DNA of 49,254 bases from NCBI GenBank assembly GCA_002633005.1, contig NMRA01000865.1, positions 16,749 through 66,002 on the forward strand, in the 5' to 3' direction. Of the stretch, positions 24,500-37,882 are shown in pieces. Below the pieces are notes generated by a model. That model searched no databases. It saw nothing but the letters and a program-made list of their open reading frames with translations, and had not been told where the DNA came from. Position 1 is the first letter of the stretch. The number at the start of each line of letters is the position of its first letter. A program made the translations under genes and the position numbers. Source of the stretch: Phoronis australis. Lineage: Eukaryota; Animalia; Phoronida.

Positions 24500-24739
24500 G
24501 TCGTTATCAGTTGTGTGACTGGGAAACATTGCACAGATGAGATTCACCAAGGGGAGATAACTCTTGCTCACCTGCAACAAGTGCCAATATGTCCAGTATT
24601 GCTGGAACCAATGTCATGGCCACCCAACTTTTCCGTGATGAAGATTTACGAGAAACTGCGCTTCCTGAACTTTGCTACGCAACACAGCATTACGCAGGAA
24701 ATGTTAGAAAAGTTACTCGCAGGCATAAAAAATGCATAG
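24500..24739 (+). pseudogene. Duplicate 3 of the TIR terminal exon, splice acceptor lost
   Basis: Open 79-codon frame (...LLAGIKNA*), but the acceptor reads ccattttat|gtc (AG changed to AT). Confidence 0.82.
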
Positions 24740-25681
24740 ACCAGAGATGCATTCTGTAACACTGACACGCAGACACACCTGTGATGAGAAATTTTGGTTA
24801 TGGAACAGAAACTGTGAACTTTTTCCTATAATTCAACACTCCAGCCCTGTGATTCAATCACTTCAGTGGCCGCCATTTTGCTAGTCTACTTTTAGATTTC
24901 AAACTTACTTTTGGAAACACTCGCGATTATTTTGCATGGTCTCACTCTATGGAATTTTGCCCTTGTGTAGAGGCTGATGTTGTAAAAATTATGAATAGGC
25001 TCAGAATGTGTGACATCACCTCAATGGAAGGTCCCGTCATCTTGGTTTTCATTGTTGTCATCAGTTTTATTAATATACTCTCAAATGCTAAGTTGAAAAA
25101 GTTTATTTTTTTTAATTCTGTCAGTAAAATCAAATTTTGGTTATGTAAATGAATAGGTAAAACCATTTTGTTTATCATCCTTAAACTATATTATGATAAT
25201 TAGGAAAATGACATCAGTAATCACTAACTATGTGTCTGCTGTAGCTGCATTCCGTGAGCAAGTTTCTTGCAACAAAATTGTATTCGTACAAGAGCAGACA
25301 GGACTATTTGAGTGAAAAGCGAGTAAGTGCAGAGGACAAGCAAAATGGCCACTAATGAAGTGATTGATCAGCGAGGCTGAGAACTAGCATTATTAGACAA
25401 TATTCATTGTTTTTGTTCCATTAGCGAGAATCGGCACAAGTGACTCGCGAGTCTCTTACATCTTCGAACATATCCCAAAGGTTGTGGCAGACTAATTTTG
25501 AAGGCATGTGAGTCTCCTCTTTATACTGGTTGAGGTAGAACATGCTTTTGATTGGACCTGGAGCATTTTAGACAAGTTATATGAAGTTGCTTCCCACATT
25601 TTATTTGGAATGTTGGTCCATAAAGGTTCAGTGTACACTTGGCGTTGCTTTGCCAGTGCATCATGTTTCGTTAATGCTTTA

Positions 25682-26502
25682 CAGCCAAGTGACCTAATTA
25701 TCGGACGTTTTGGAACATTTTGCATTATATTTAATTGAAAATACTACGGATTGTTGTACATTCTTTGCTGAAATAAAGACTTAGCTTCACAGAATTGTTC
25801 TGTTCCTATATCTTGTCACTGAAAGCCACATTTATGTTCCAACTGATCTTTAAAAAACACAACTAGCAAACCTTCGGAGAACCTAAATATCGGACACCAT
25901 GTTTCCCCATACGCCACACCGCGGAAAACTGACTAACCACGTAATGGCCGCGGGCACCTTGTAGCCAAATTTCAGCTGTAGTGTTTTGACATATATGCTG
26001 CTAGAACACAGGCCCATTCGCAACAAAATTATCCAGAAAATGAAATCTGATGAGGGCGCCAAGTCGTTTTGATGAATTAGTGCAGACGACTAAAGCACGT
26101 GCAAACTCAGTGCAGTTTTTAATATCTCTTTGGCTTCTTGATATGACACCCGCACGTGCGCGGTCGGGGTTTGACTTGAGTTTAAAAACAAATGAAAAAA
26201 TGGAACAATGACATATTGTCAGTTCAATGAGATGGTTTCATTGTGGAAAAACATTTTATTTTCAACTTTTATAACCGATTTATGCGATCGTACATTTTAG
26301 GCCCACTTGGGGGTCTAGATTGCACCCTCTCTCGGTGAAATCAAAACGAGGCAACGCTGTAAAAAACGAGACGGTGCCGGATATTGAATGCATTACAACG
26401 AAACAAAAATTGTTGTCACTTAATTCTCAGATTATGCTTCAAGTAAGATTTTATGAAATGTCCGATATTTAGGTTCCGTCCGATAATTAGGTACACTATG
26501 TG
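25682..26502. mobile_element. Tc1/mariner-type non-autonomous element inserted only in unit B
   Basis: Inverted ends gtgacctaattatcggacg / cgtccgataattaggtacac; TA duplicated at 25680-25681 and 26503-26504; empty site aatgcgtTAgattt near 8901-8914. Confidence 0.8.
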
Positions 26503-29500
26503 TAGATTTAATCTGATTATAACCGCATTAATGTGTTCTACATTTTGTTGTACCCTTAAATCATCAACGATAATAACAGGGATTTTTTGTACTGTTTTTA
26601 ATAACATTTATAGAGATGTAATTTTTGTATTTTAATAACACTTATGGAGATTTATTTCATTACATATTGCCAATTATTGCCGTGGTTGGCCAGAGAGTTG
26701 CTGGAATCAATGCCAGTGTCTATACTATTTAACTTGTGGGATTCAGCTCAGCTGTGGAGTGTGCAGCTGCTACTTCAGAGTTAGTGGGTTCAATTCCTCA
26801 CCACTTCTAATTACTGTAAAATTGAAGTTTCTCACCAAGAACGTGCCTTTACGTGGTCAGTCATTTGGCACTGAAAGACATACTCATACTTGAAGACACT
26901 GCCGCATGCACACTATGGCTGTGTAAAGGAATTGGGACCCATGTTAACAGAGTTGTAGCTAAGACCTTGGAGTGTTTCATGAAAGTAACTTAAGACTCGA
27001 GACTAAAATTTGGACTTAATACTCCCTTTTCATAATTGCTGACTTCTTGTTTTAGTATTCACTTTATCCTACATGTAGCTCTATAATCACACTTACCAAC
27101 CATTTTCATAAACCTGTTCCAATGAAGTGAGTGACAGTGAAAATCAAAGATAGACTTGTCTGATTATCAATTATTAAAGGGACGATAGTCTATCAGTGCG
27201 GTCTTTCAGGTTGGAACCCTTGGTCACTTAGAAGGCACACGCTCTATTGCTCAACTTCATTGTTTGCTGAAAAGGATCGCAATTGTTGCGAATGTTACAA
27301 TCCGGCTTTTGCTAGAGTATCGTTGTCATTTTGTCCTTTTTGGGCATTGCATATATATATGCATTTATATATATTCTGATTGTACTATTTCTTACCATTT
27401 TTAATGTTCTTTGGCTTTTATTTAAATTTGCACTTTGAAAATTTATCAGGGTAGTTTTTCTGTTAAGCATTACGCTATTTATTAATGCACGATGTTTCTA
27501 CGCATTATGTTATACAAAAACAATTAATATGCACGATTGTAATTCATACAGTACATGCTTCCATATTTTGTAAATTTTACTCTTTTTTGAGGTTGAGATT
27601 CCATTTTGGATGGCCTTCAAGAGCTTGTGTTTAATTTGTCTTGTCAGTGATGTTTAAATGGCATTTCCTTAGGTATGTCAGTGTAATTTTCTGTATGCTT
27701 ACCATAAGTTTTCCAATTGTAATAAAATTTTGCAAATTTTTATTGGTTTCTTTAATTCATATAATTATGTTGACCCCACGTATTATTCAAACATGTTTGG
27801 AAACCTTGAGCTGTGAGCCATGATCTTGAGCCATGTTTGAAAAACCCGGGTTTAGTCTGTTTTACACAAACACAAATCATTTAAATAGTGCTGCGTTGTG
27901 CTAGGCCTACTTATTTTGTATATTTTTTCTGTATGTCTGTGATAGTGACATGCTCAGCAGGTGAAGTATTGTTTAACTTTACAATAGTTGTTTCTCTGAT
28001 TTTATTTAGCAGGACATCAAAGACAATGGCCGAACAAATACACAACAAACTGGACATTCTGCAAACAGTTACAGTACATCATATAAAGAGACTCCTCTGA
28101 CCACATTCGTGATTGTTTTCAACCCAATTTCAAATTTAAGCAAGTCAAAACTTGGAACCACGAGGTTTTCAGTTTACAAAAAAATTATGGGAAACAAGCA
28201 TTCTCAGACTGGTTACAATACGTTGTTAATACAATCAGTTTTTGTTTTTGAGACTATACTGAACACAATCGGCTTTCACATAATTCCGAGCTGAAGCAGT
28301 GCTTAAAGCAGTATTTGGTTAAACCTTTTCAGGGCTTTTGTAAAATGTATGACTTTTGCTGACTTCAGTTTCGTACAAAACAATTTAATCCTTGAATTTT
28401 GGGCATATTCTATTTAGGAAAGTTGGTAACAGAAAACATGCTTTTCATGTTTGTGCAGATTTACCTTATAAACGTGGGATAGAAATGGCGGGTAGTTTTA
28501 TTGATAGTGATTAATATGCATGTAATGATCTCGCTTTAACAACATCTGCACGGAGATATCTATTTTTTGTATTTTCAAACCTACCAACAAATTAAAGAAC
28601 AACATAAAGCATAATGTGCGAAGGTGCTAGGACAAGTATACAGTAGTTTTTAAAATACAGAGGACAACGTCAAAATTTGACAGTTTCGGTGCACCAGACA
28701 TCTACTACATATTCATTTCTTTTTCACAAGAACACATTTCAATTGCAGCTAAATCTTAACAACAACTCAACAGGTGTTGCTCCATGCACACTGCCAAAAT
28801 TGCAAAAACCTGACAGCGTAAGTCCGTTCACAAACAGTTGGTGACTAGAAGCAATGTCACATCCAATTCCGACTAAACTGCAATAATAATTCTGGCAAGA
28901 ACTTCATCCAAGTTTGACGGAGTCTGGGAGAGTTCTTCCAAAGTCTGTCTAGGTTTGTTTTGTTGAAAACTTTGGAACATGTACCTTTAACATGCAACAG
29001 GTATTTTCTTGTATTAACCCGTTAACTGTTAATATAATTTTTCAATGAAAGCACTGGGCGAGCTCAATGCTACACGTGTTGTGTAATGTATGGTTCTCAT
29101 TTGAAGAACGGATTATCCCGTGAATACTAACTGCTAACCTTGGACAAATGCAGTATTGCAACATATGTTCAAATACTATATGCTGTAAAATTTCTCAATG
29201 CTTGATTTCTGTAAATTATTTAGCAAAAGTTGCTTGAGTCACAGTAACAAGTTGAGATTTTGACACAAGTTTTGCTAAAGTTTAATTCACAAGGAAAACT
29301 TTAAAAATAACGTTTAAGCAATAAATGCGATATCCCAGACAAATGTCCAAATTAGAATATTCTCGGAGACATCATGTCTCGGAAATTACTGATCAGATTG
29401 AAATAAAACTTTCAGATAACATACTTTATACAGTGTTCCCAACCCGCTTTTAGGTATTGTTTTTGAAGTGTTTTCCATTGGAATAAGGGCTTAGCCAAAA

Positions 29501-29748
29501 TTGGGACCTTCACCGATTTCACGAAAAACTCAAACTTTGCACAAAATAAGAAAGGTAACTTAGAAACAAGTATCAACGTTTATGAGATTTCCAATTAAGC
29601 ATTTGTATCACAGGAAAAAACGAGACTAACACCGTTTGCAATGAACGTATCTTTTGTATGGAATTTTATCAAAAATATGGTCACGTGACCCGATTAATGT
29701 CATATTGATATACGAAGTCAAAATATACATACTTTCTACATTGAATCC

Positions 29749-29751
<3 letters not shown>

Positions 29752-29804
<53 letters not shown>
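29752..29804. repeat. (TA)n microsatellite
   Basis: Read directly. Confidence 0.95.
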
Positions 29805-29811
<7 letters not shown>

Positions 29812-30539
29812 TCAGAAAGTTGAAATCTATAGATTTGTGCATATTTGGCTAAATGCAAACGGATGTGTCAGTCAGGTCCCACATAATCTCATGTCCTGAC
29901 AATGATAAATTTTGGGTCACTCATGTTGTTTTGTTACATGGCTAGTGGAGCACAGCTAGAGGACTTTTGATAATCTGAAATAGAGGCCCACCACTCTGTG
30001 AAATAAGACTTTTCATTTGTCCAGATATCAGATGTTGCTTTTGGCAGTGTGCCGAAACAGACACTGAAGAAACCACAAACCCTGCACAATGGGCGTAAAC
30101 AATGTCAGTACACCAGAGCATGGAAAAAGCCTCAGTGGTGGTTTAGTAACAGAAATATACACTGATCTATTAGGCATATCAGGTCATATGGACTCGAGAG
30201 TAAAGTATACTGCATTTTTTACCTCAGATGACATTGCTCTTCCTAAGTCTACATGACCTGATATTACCCTCAAGATCGAGGTGTTTGAGGCACTTCTTAC
30301 ATCATTCACCCTGATTTAAGACAAATGTGTAGATTTCATTCAACAGTAGTGTGCAAGGTGATCCATTGACAAGCAGTCCGAGGCTCAGTTACATGCAGCA
30401 ACAAGACACGGTCCTCTGAACTTTGGTAATCCGCCGCTGTTGGCTTACACATGGGCAGTAGCAACAGAATGTTATCACAGATTCTGTGTAAGTGATCATC
30501 TGCCGTCAATGAGACTAGAAGTGTGCCCTTATGAAAAAA

Positions 30540-31600
30540 ACTTAAGGAAATTCTCATTCCGAAAGCTATTGAGAATCTCACTGGATTCCAGTTAGATTCC
30601 AGTGAGAATCTAACTAATTAAAATGCCATTGAAATTGGTGAGAAAAAATCTCACTTTAGTGAGAATACAGTGATATTCCAGTCAGAATTCAGTGAGAATC
30701 TAACTAATTTGCATAGCATTCCCACTCAGTGAGAATTTGTCTAACTGAAATTCTCACTGAGTAGGAATGCTATGCAAATTAGTGAAATTCTCACTGAGTG
30801 AAAATCTCACTGAGTTAGAATTTTGAACTTAGAAAATTTTGTGTGTGCATTTATAGCCACTGACTGAGTAGATGAGAGTTCAAAGCTTTGTTGGTAACCA
30901 ATTTGGGAGTTTATCTTGAAGTTTGACTAAAAGAACAATTAAATTGCAAATTGTGAAATATAGCAGACTTAATCTAACAATTTTAATGCCTTTGGTGAAT
31001 CAGCAAAATACTGAAAACTCAGCTATCAACACAGAATGAAGACACCAATCAAATTCTGGTGCTTCATACACTCTACTAGATGTATGAAATGTACTAAGTT
31101 TAAGGTTATTAACACACAAATTCAGTCCAGGATCTCCTGTGATTGACATGCAGACAAACTGTTCAATAATTTCACAATATTTGTGAGAAACACGTCAACA
31201 ATCTTCAGGCTATTTCTGTAACTGCTCAGCGCCATTTTTTGAATTCAGAAATCTTGTTTGACAGAAATTTCCACGGGAACAGCCAATCAGGGTGTTTGTT
31301 TATCTCAAATTCTCACTAAATTCTCATTTTAATTTTGTAAAGTCCAAATTCTCACTCAATTCTCACTCAGAAAATTTCTTAGTCTGAAATTCTCAATGAA
31401 TTCTCACTCAGAATATTCCCAAGACCAAAATTCTCACTGGATTCACATAACATTTTCTCAGGCTATTTTCTCATTGACTGCCTCAGCGGTTCAATTCCCA
31501 CTGGGTTCTCACTGGCATTTCTAACTGCAATGAGTGATTTAGTGAGAATCTAATTGGAATCTCACTGGAATCTAGTGAGCCTCTCGTTCTTTTTAGTAGC
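30540..31600. mobile_element. Foldback-like element built from TTCTCACT/AGTGAGAA subterminal repeats
   Basis: ctcactggattccagttagattcc at 30577 is inverted relative to 31540-31579; the motif is densely arrayed at both ends. Confidence 0.7.
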
Positions 31601-34600
31601 TTGAACATACTCTGCCAGTGAAGGGTGAATCTCTCTCTCATCATTTTACATTTTGGAACACTGGAAGTTGCTTAGAACCAGTTCAAAATAACTAGAATAT
31701 TTTAAATTCCTTTTATGCAAACATGACAATACTACATCCAAACACTTTTCAGTTATAGATTATTCGTCGACAAACTCGACAATAGTGTTAATATCGCACG
31801 CTGCGTCCTCGTGGTGGCGTGCATATACGGTGTGGTGCATGTTCAACGAACTTTGAAAAGTGAACAAGGGTCGAGGTTTGTTGTCAGTTGATGAAAGTTG
31901 GATCTATTAGATAGTTAAATAAATGAATTTTGTACGTTAACAATTCTCCAGTCAGAGACAAATTTAGTTTGTTCTGCTTCCACATTGTGAAATTGAAGTC
32001 ATTGCCAGCGCTATGCCCCTCACTCACTGAAATTTGCATCAAAAATTACATGCCATCTAGTTTCACTTCCAGTTGGTGGTTGCTTCAAACTGTTGTGGAC
32101 AACCTGAAAATGAGATGCATATTCATATCTTACTAATCTTTAATTTTTAAGGAAAGAGCAAAAATGATTTTTGTCATGTCCCTACAGATGGCTCTCATAT
32201 TTCTGACAATGCCATGACAAAAAACGATGTTTAACAAGTTGTTATTTACACGGGTAGGCCAACATGACGTAAGTAACACGTAGCAAAAGAGGGGCGCCGG
32301 AGGGGCCAGGAAAGATAGTGGGGGCCTTGGGGGCACGGCAGAGTAGGCTATTAGCAAGAATTTTTGCCGTCAGACATTTGCACCCCCGAACTGCCAAATG
32401 GAACCTGGGAGGGTTTTTTTGGGGGGGGGGGGAGGCATGGCCTCCTTCGCTCCTTCGCTCTCCTCTAAATCCGCCACTGGGTAAGATACCCCCTCAGCGC
32501 CACTGCACAGTTTTACTAACTCTAGAGACTACCTTCTTTAAGCACCATGCCACTGCGGCGCGTTGGAGGCACTGAGAATGAGAATTTGAGTGACAATCAG
32601 AGAGACACTGGGTCAGAACATAAATATATATCGCACTTGTTTACTGGGAAGCTAAGAATAAAAATGATCACGTCAGAAACAATTAGTCAAACGCTATACC
32701 GTTCGCGTTGGCTCGTGGCGATCATTACTTAATTTACACACTAGATGTCGCGAATGTTTGCTATCTCAAGATCACGTGTGGGAACTCGTGATAGCAAGTT
32801 TAACGTCACACAAGATTCCAAGTTCACGCAGGATTTCAAGTTCTCATACGACATTGCTACTTTTACTACAGGTTTGTTAATGGGTTTTTGACCGTTTATG
32901 ATATTGTGAGTGCGTGCAATGAAACATTTGTTGCACATTGCTGTTATGAAGACTTAACTAAAATAATGGTTGTCATTTATATAGTCTGGTAAAGGATAAC
33001 ACATAACCAGCCGTGATCCAGAATCGCTGGGAAATTGGCTGGTAAAATTTAGCTGCGCAATATTTTCGCTAAACCGCTCAAAAATCAATCTGTTGGGGAA
33101 ACCTATCGTCCTAAAGAAGCACCTGGTAGCGTTGCCGGAACCGCAGAGGGCGTATCGAAGTTTACTGTTGTTGCCAAAGCCCCGCTTTGAGTTATGCGAC
33201 ATCTGTCTGGATTGTGGTGTTGTGCGTCGTTCAATTCAGCCAGACCAACAGGGAGTTATCGAATGACGTCACAATTAGGTCATATGCCATGTTGGCGGAG
33301 GACAAACATTTCACGATCGTGGTATAGTGAAGCAAAGACACATTGCACACCTGAATTCTCGGCAGAATTTACTCAGTATATTAGTGGATTTTGTGCAGTA
33401 GTAAACTGCTCGAGCTTGGGGATAGAGATGCCATTGCGTTCTATTGTCTTCCAAAAATTATCTCAAAGAATTGTCTCGGGAAGTCGGTAGGAATCATTTT
33501 TTGTTTTGAGGAATATTTTCATATCGGAAAGATAAAGCATTCCACAAAACAAAAACTTGTCAAAATCGGGTTTAGTTGTACACATTTGTAGCAACTTCTG
33601 TGGCGAACTGAATTTGGAGGGATCGGATCAACCATCTCAGACGACAGCGCCAAAAGTTACCTGTTGAATTTTTTATATTTACCGATATTTTAAAGTGAAA
33701 TTTAGTGAGACATTTTTGCCTATTTCCGGCGATTCAAAGGTTTTCACCAGTATTTAGTCACGCAGATATTTCTTATTGACAATTCCTGCTGGTCTCATTT
33801 TCGGCGGCACCAGCCGTCAACATGGCGACTTTTGCTGAACTAGACATGTTCAACCAGCTACTTTGTAATCAGTGAACCTTTACCTATGACACATTTTGAT
33901 AAAAGCTTCGTAAGAAGCAACGTCGCATAATTTTCAGGTTTTTGTACGAAAAATATAGAGAATATTCTTACTATTTCTCTGTGGATTGTCCATTCAGTTG
34001 AAAATTCACAGATTTCAGAAGCCTCAATTTTTTATCTTTTGCGACTTTTGCGCTCACAAGTCTTTGGTTACGTTTGTATAACTATTGTTGAATTCTTTAA
34101 AGGTGGATTGGGGTCCCTCAGAATAGGACGAAGAATTTCTATTTTTATATTGTGGTTATAATTTTTTGATTTAAGTAAAAATTTTACAAAAATAGTACTT
34201 TTGGCGAAAAGTTTTTTTCGTCTGGATTGCAGAAATTCAAACTTATTCTCATATGAAAATCTTCACAAGACGGCAAAATTTGTCGCTTGTCATTTTGCGT
34301 GGCGTAAATTCTTAACTCAAGGTGGGAAGCAAACGTCCACGCTGTGGAGTATGAAAATGCAATTGAAGTCGGTGCAATTTCGAATTAGCTACTGGGCGTT
34401 TCTGGATATATTAACGCGAATTTATTTCACAAAATTAACTTTTCACGCTCGTTAAAGTTTTAAACTTGGAGGCTCAGCACGGCAAATTCACTAATCCAAA
34501 TACATTATGTTCCCCACTGAATATAATTTAAGCCAACTTTGATATTTTTTTGTTCTGTGTGATGTAATATCTTTCCGATGATATTGAAATTTTTCTTCAA

Positions 34601-34849
34601 AACTAAAATAAAATTGAGTTGACCGCCTTACTCCGAGACAACTCTTGGGATGTCCAATAATATTTGAAAGACGATAGAACGACGTAGGATCTATATCAGC
34701 CCTGCTCAAGAAGTCAAATACTTCACAAAACTTCACCATTACGCTGAGTAAATTCTGCCGAGAATGTGTCTGCGTTCACGATACCATGAAATGTTTGTCG
34801 ACGTGGCGGTGACCCCATTTACATCGCCATTTGAGAATACTCTACGCCA

Positions 34850-35486
34850 AAGGGTTCTTGAACGAGTACGTTTATGCGTGTTGAATTTGCTTTTTCACCA
34901 CGCACTTTTTGATTACTCAACGCGTAATATTAGTTATTCAACGTGCTGTGATGGTTCTGAAAAAGAACATCTTTCTAGGCGTGTACTATTGCGTATTCAA
35001 CCGAGTACTTTTAGCCAGTTCATATAATCCAATCACGTCAGCATGGGCGGATCCAGGATTTTGAGTTGGGGGGGGGGGGGTCAGGGCAGACTATTAGCCA
35101 GGATTTCCCCTCAGGCATTCGCATCCCCGAACTGCCAAATGGAATCTGGAATATTTTAGGGGGGCCACGACCAAAACTGTGATCATCGGTGTGCTCCACG
35201 AAGGCCACTTATGACGTTTCGTATTTGCTGCCTCCTCTCTGCGGCACGTCTCACCGTAAAACGTTGTCTTTGGTTGGACTTAAATAACCGGGTCAGCCTA
35301 CTGAACATGCAATACTGCGCATTGATTTAGCGACAGTACGCGTTGAATGGGAACAGAAAGATAATCGTTAATCGTTTACGAACTAGTTCAGCGCGTTGAA
35401 TAAGCAACACTACCTGTTGATTAAGCCATAGCATACATGATAAGAGCATTTCAACTCGCAGAAAGATAAACGTTTAAGAACCCCTT
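34850..35486. mobile_element. MITE with about 100-bp degenerate inverted ends, containing a nested GC-rich element fragment (35040-35170)
   Basis: agggttcttgaacg...ttattcaacgtgctg is inverted relative to cagcgcgttgaataag...cgtttaagaacccct. Confidence 0.7.
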
Positions 35487-35992
35487 GACGCTTCAAACTA
35501 TATAACTCACTTTACGACCTCACTGAGGATAGAAAAATCTTTTATCATTCAAAACTATAATACAAAAACTCATGGTTATTTTTCTTTTTTCTATCGAGGT
35601 ATTAAAACATGGAATCATCACCCAAAAATTTTAGAGCCACCAGTACGCCACTGAGGAATTTTCAATTAGTTCAGTGCACATCAGCTCACGGCTCTGTCAG
35701 TCAGTTGCGACATGATATCTGCCATACATTACAACTAATACCCGTACTCTCTTTGCAGGTAGCATGCAGAACCTCGCGTTTTGGCTCTGTGATTATTAAT
35801 GCTTGGAAATGTTTGTATATAATTTCATAGTGGAAATTAGCATTTGTGCTAATATCACTAACTTCATTTTGTTTAGATGAAAAAACGATTTTAGTTTAAC
35901 TAAACTTCTCTGTACTTTTCTTGTGGGAAACTGGCATTTCTGCTAACATTTATTGTTTGTAACCTCTATGATATTTGATATGAAATGAACTT

Positions 35993-36032
35993 TATTCTAT
36001 TCTATTCTATTCTATTCTATTCTATTCTATTA
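35993..36032. repeat. (TATTC)n microsatellite
   Basis: Read directly. Confidence 0.95.
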
Positions 36033-37031
36033 TAGTCTATTCTGTTATATCGGATGTCACAATTGGGTAACAGCAAAAAACAGGGTATGCTACAGATGTT
36101 ATCATCTGGAAAGTAATAAGTCTTGTTATTTGCCTAGGAGCCAGATATCTAGAGCTAGATTAAATTCCGGGCTTTCTTGTTTACAGTTGTTGAAAAATGA
36201 AGTTCTTGAATATTATAACATAGAATATGTAATTTACCATAAGAACTTGAATTATGAACAATTTAGAAAATGGATGGATTCTCGCAGAAGGACTACTTGT
36301 CTGGTAATGTGATAAATATTCATTTGGCTCTATGCGTTCCAGTGTGAATTGGGTGTGAATGTTCTGTTATGAAATACGCTTGAAGATTTACAACCTGCAT
36401 TCATAAATGTATATTATGTGTAACACATACCTTTGCTCTGTAATGTCATTGCTGTGAATGCAATAAACGTATTTAAAAACAAAACAACGAACTGACCAAC
36501 ACAGTGAGGAAAGTGAGGTCATAAATGTCTTGCCGGACGTTTCCCAACGGGCATGCATCAACGTGAAAAAGTAAATGTGATCTAATGTGCCTTTCTGTGG
36601 AAGGCCAATCTTAGTTCGTTGCAAGCCACTTATATGACCAATCACGTGAACAATATTAGAGCTGTCTAGACTCTGCATGTGCTGACGCATTCAATTTTAT
36701 CGGGCGCTAGACCCGGGCTTAAGTGAAAAAATTCGTGCGGTGCCCGCGACCAACAAGTATTCGACTTCAGTGACCACTAAAGTCATTCCTATTGAATGAG
36801 ATACGTCTGCTGCCGAAAAATATTCCCTTTGTGACTCGCGAGGTTGGCTAGAGACAGGAAAAAATAATCTACTGTCTGTGCCCGGCAGGTGTGTAGTACC
36901 GTATGGTTGTTGAAAAGTGTGACGGAATTTCGTCGGAGTCAGAGAAAACTGAAAGTTAGGTGAAAATGAGACTTTAATCATACCACGTAATTGCTTGAAG
37001 CGTCACACGAGAAGTTTTCTTTTATGTTCTT

Positions 37032-37882
37032 GTACTTCACTATTCCAAGGTGAAGTTTACGCGCTTCCTGGTACGATAAATCCCAGTGTATTTATAGTAG
37101 TGCATGACGGCGACATCCCGTTGCTCCCAACTTGTTCGATTCTATAGCCCAACAACAAATTGGGAAGTTTACTCCCGTAGCCAATATTTTACACTACTGA
37201 TTAACTCCAATCTGGCATTTATGGTTGGAGGGCCTGCGCTCTTTTGTTCGAGAATTGCTCTAATCTCCGATCAGATCGTATGTAGACTGAGTGGGGTGGG
37301 CTGATAAAAATGAAAGTTAAGTTATAACATATTTGAGCTTAAACCAATAGCATTTCTGAATTCCTCGTAAAATGCTGATCATGTTCCGGTTTTGAATCAC
37401 CAAAATCGCCCAACTACAACAGAAGTTAAGATAATCTATTCTGTCCAAACGGACGCNGTACTTCACTATTCCAAGGTGAAGTTTACGCGCTTCCTGGTAC
37501 GATAAATCCCAGTGTATTTATAGTAGTGCATGACGGCGACATCCCGTTGCTCCCAACTTGTTCGATTCTATAGCCCAACAACAAGTTGGGAAGTTTACCC
37601 CCGTAGCCAATATCTTACACTACTGATTAACTCCAATCTGGCATTTATGGTTGGAGGGCCTGCGCTCTTTTGTTCGATAATTGCTCTAATCTCCGATCAG
37701 ATCGTATCTAGACTGAGTGGGGTGGGCTGATAAAAATGAAAGTTAAGTTATAACATATTTGAGCTTAAACCAATAGGATTTCTGAATTCCTCGTCAAATG
37801 CTGATCATGTTCCGGCTTTGAATCACCAAAATCGCCCAACTACAACAGAAGTTAAGATAATCTATTCTGTCCAAACGGACGC
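37032..37882. other. 425-bp doublet around the single N at 37457, probable haplotype overlap artefact
   Basis: 37032-37456 and 37458-37882 differ by a few SNPs only. Confidence 0.8.

Noticed and set aside
37104-37730. Tandem pair of 66-aa ORFs
   Set aside because: The doublet flanks an N join and the peptide has no recognisable motif.
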